Positions 63,605 to 64,000 of a DNA stretch of 64,000 nucleotides are shown here, piece by piece. The position numbers were made by a program, and so were the translations under genes. Under the pieces are notes generated by a model. That model was not told the origin of the DNA and made no database searches. It saw nothing but the letters and a program-made list of their open reading frames with translations. Position 1 is the first letter of the stretch; the number at the start of each line of letters is the position of its first letter. The stretch covers positions 95,689 to 159,688 of the forward strand of contig CAJLVJ010000001.1 of the NCBI GenBank assembly GCA_905210085.1, given 5' to 3'. The stretch comes from an uncultured Collinsella sp. GTDB lineage: Bacteria; Actinomycetota; Coriobacteriia; Coriobacteriales; Coriobacteriaceae.

Positions 63605-63647
63605 TAAAACCTTCCAAAATAAACCTGTCCCTACATGGCAGGTTTTA
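63605..63647. repeat. Family-3 43-nt unit (reverse orientation) abutting the purF stop
   Basis: TAAAACCTTCCAAAATAAACCTGTCCCTACATGGCAGGTTTTA is the reverse-complement match of the unit at 52441-52483. Confidence 0.7.
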
Positions 63648-64000
63648 GGCCTCGCCGTGCTTCTCTTCCCAGCTGCGGTCGTCGTATTTCTCGACCACGG
63701 CGTCGTCGTCAAAGTGCAGCGGCTTATCCAGGTTGCGGGGCTTAAAGCCCTCCATAAACTTGTCGCGGCCAAAGCTCTCGGGAATCGCCACGGGATAACG
63801 GCCGGTAAAGCACGCATCGCAGTAGCCGCCCTTGGGCATGACCTTAAGCAGGCCCTCGACCGAAAGGAAGGCCAGCGAATCGGCGCCGATATACTCGCAA
63901 ATCTCGTCGACCGTCTTGTTGGCGCTGATAAGCTGCGACTGCACGTCGGTGTCGATACCGTAGAAGCACGGCCAGATGACCTCGGGCGAGTTGATGCGGA
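63645..64000 (-). CDS. purF: Amidophosphoribosyltransferase, C-terminal part; the 5' end lies outside the window
   Basis: The frame is open to the window edge. The C-terminal CDACFTGRYP Fe-S Cys motif is present and the gene is in synteny with purM and purN. Confidence 0.8.
   Translation of the reverse strand, partial: RINSPEVIWPCFYGIDTDVQSQLISANKTVDEICEYIGADSLAFLSVEGLLKVMPKGGYCDACFTGRYPVAIPESFGRDKFMEGFKPRNLDKPLHFDDDAVVEKYDDRSWEEKHGEA

Overview
This is a high-GC actinobacterial chromosome segment. Gene content suggests Coriobacteriia, which is an inference (saccharolytic PTS genes, an Ech-type hydrogenase, NfnAB, an NRAMP-related Mg transporter). I support about 55 protein-coding genes and one tRNA. 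Most long ORFs in the track are antisense shadow ORFs of these genes.

Gene order, left to right:
- bgl-type PTS EIIBC and a LicT antiterminator with a RAT/terminator leader
- nucleoside hydrolase and ribokinase
- OatA-like acyltransferase
- an MgtE-N/CBS membrane protein followed by an NRAMP-related (NRMT-type) transporter
- polysaccharide deacetylase, PRC-barrel protein, YtxH protein and an acidic hypothetical protein
- CNNM/CorC protein, hemolysin III, an alpha/beta hydrolase and a DUF362 Fe-S protein
- a MacB-type ABC pair
- two ABC-2 permeases, an ATPase and a NarL-type two-component system
- a five-gene group-4 (Ech-like) [NiFe] hydrogenase operon with a fused NuoL/NuoH-like membrane subunit
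- an orphan IS150-type OrfA
- an OYE/FadH-like reductase
- initiator-like tRNA-Met
- coaX, then birA, folP-folK and a sirtuin, then xthA
- an ECF transporter (T, fused AA, S)
- glmU and prs, then a lower-GC inserted cassette, then pth
- nfnAB and a cytidylate-kinase-like gene
- an amino-acid ABC transporter
- yqeY-like gene, a PpiC-type isomerase and an orphan PTS EIIA
- purN, purM and the 3' end of purF

No CRISPR array, rRNA, prophage or recognisable defence system is present.

The most unusual content is non-coding. It comprises a strictly spaced array of eight alternately oriented 15-mers next to the tRNA, and at least three families of intergenic palindromic or mosaic repeats. Two of these families repeatedly supply the stop codon of the adjacent gene. 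A pair of roughly 200-bp MITE-like elements brackets the lower-GC cassette. All calls rest on reading the sequence and remembered family motifs; no searches were run.
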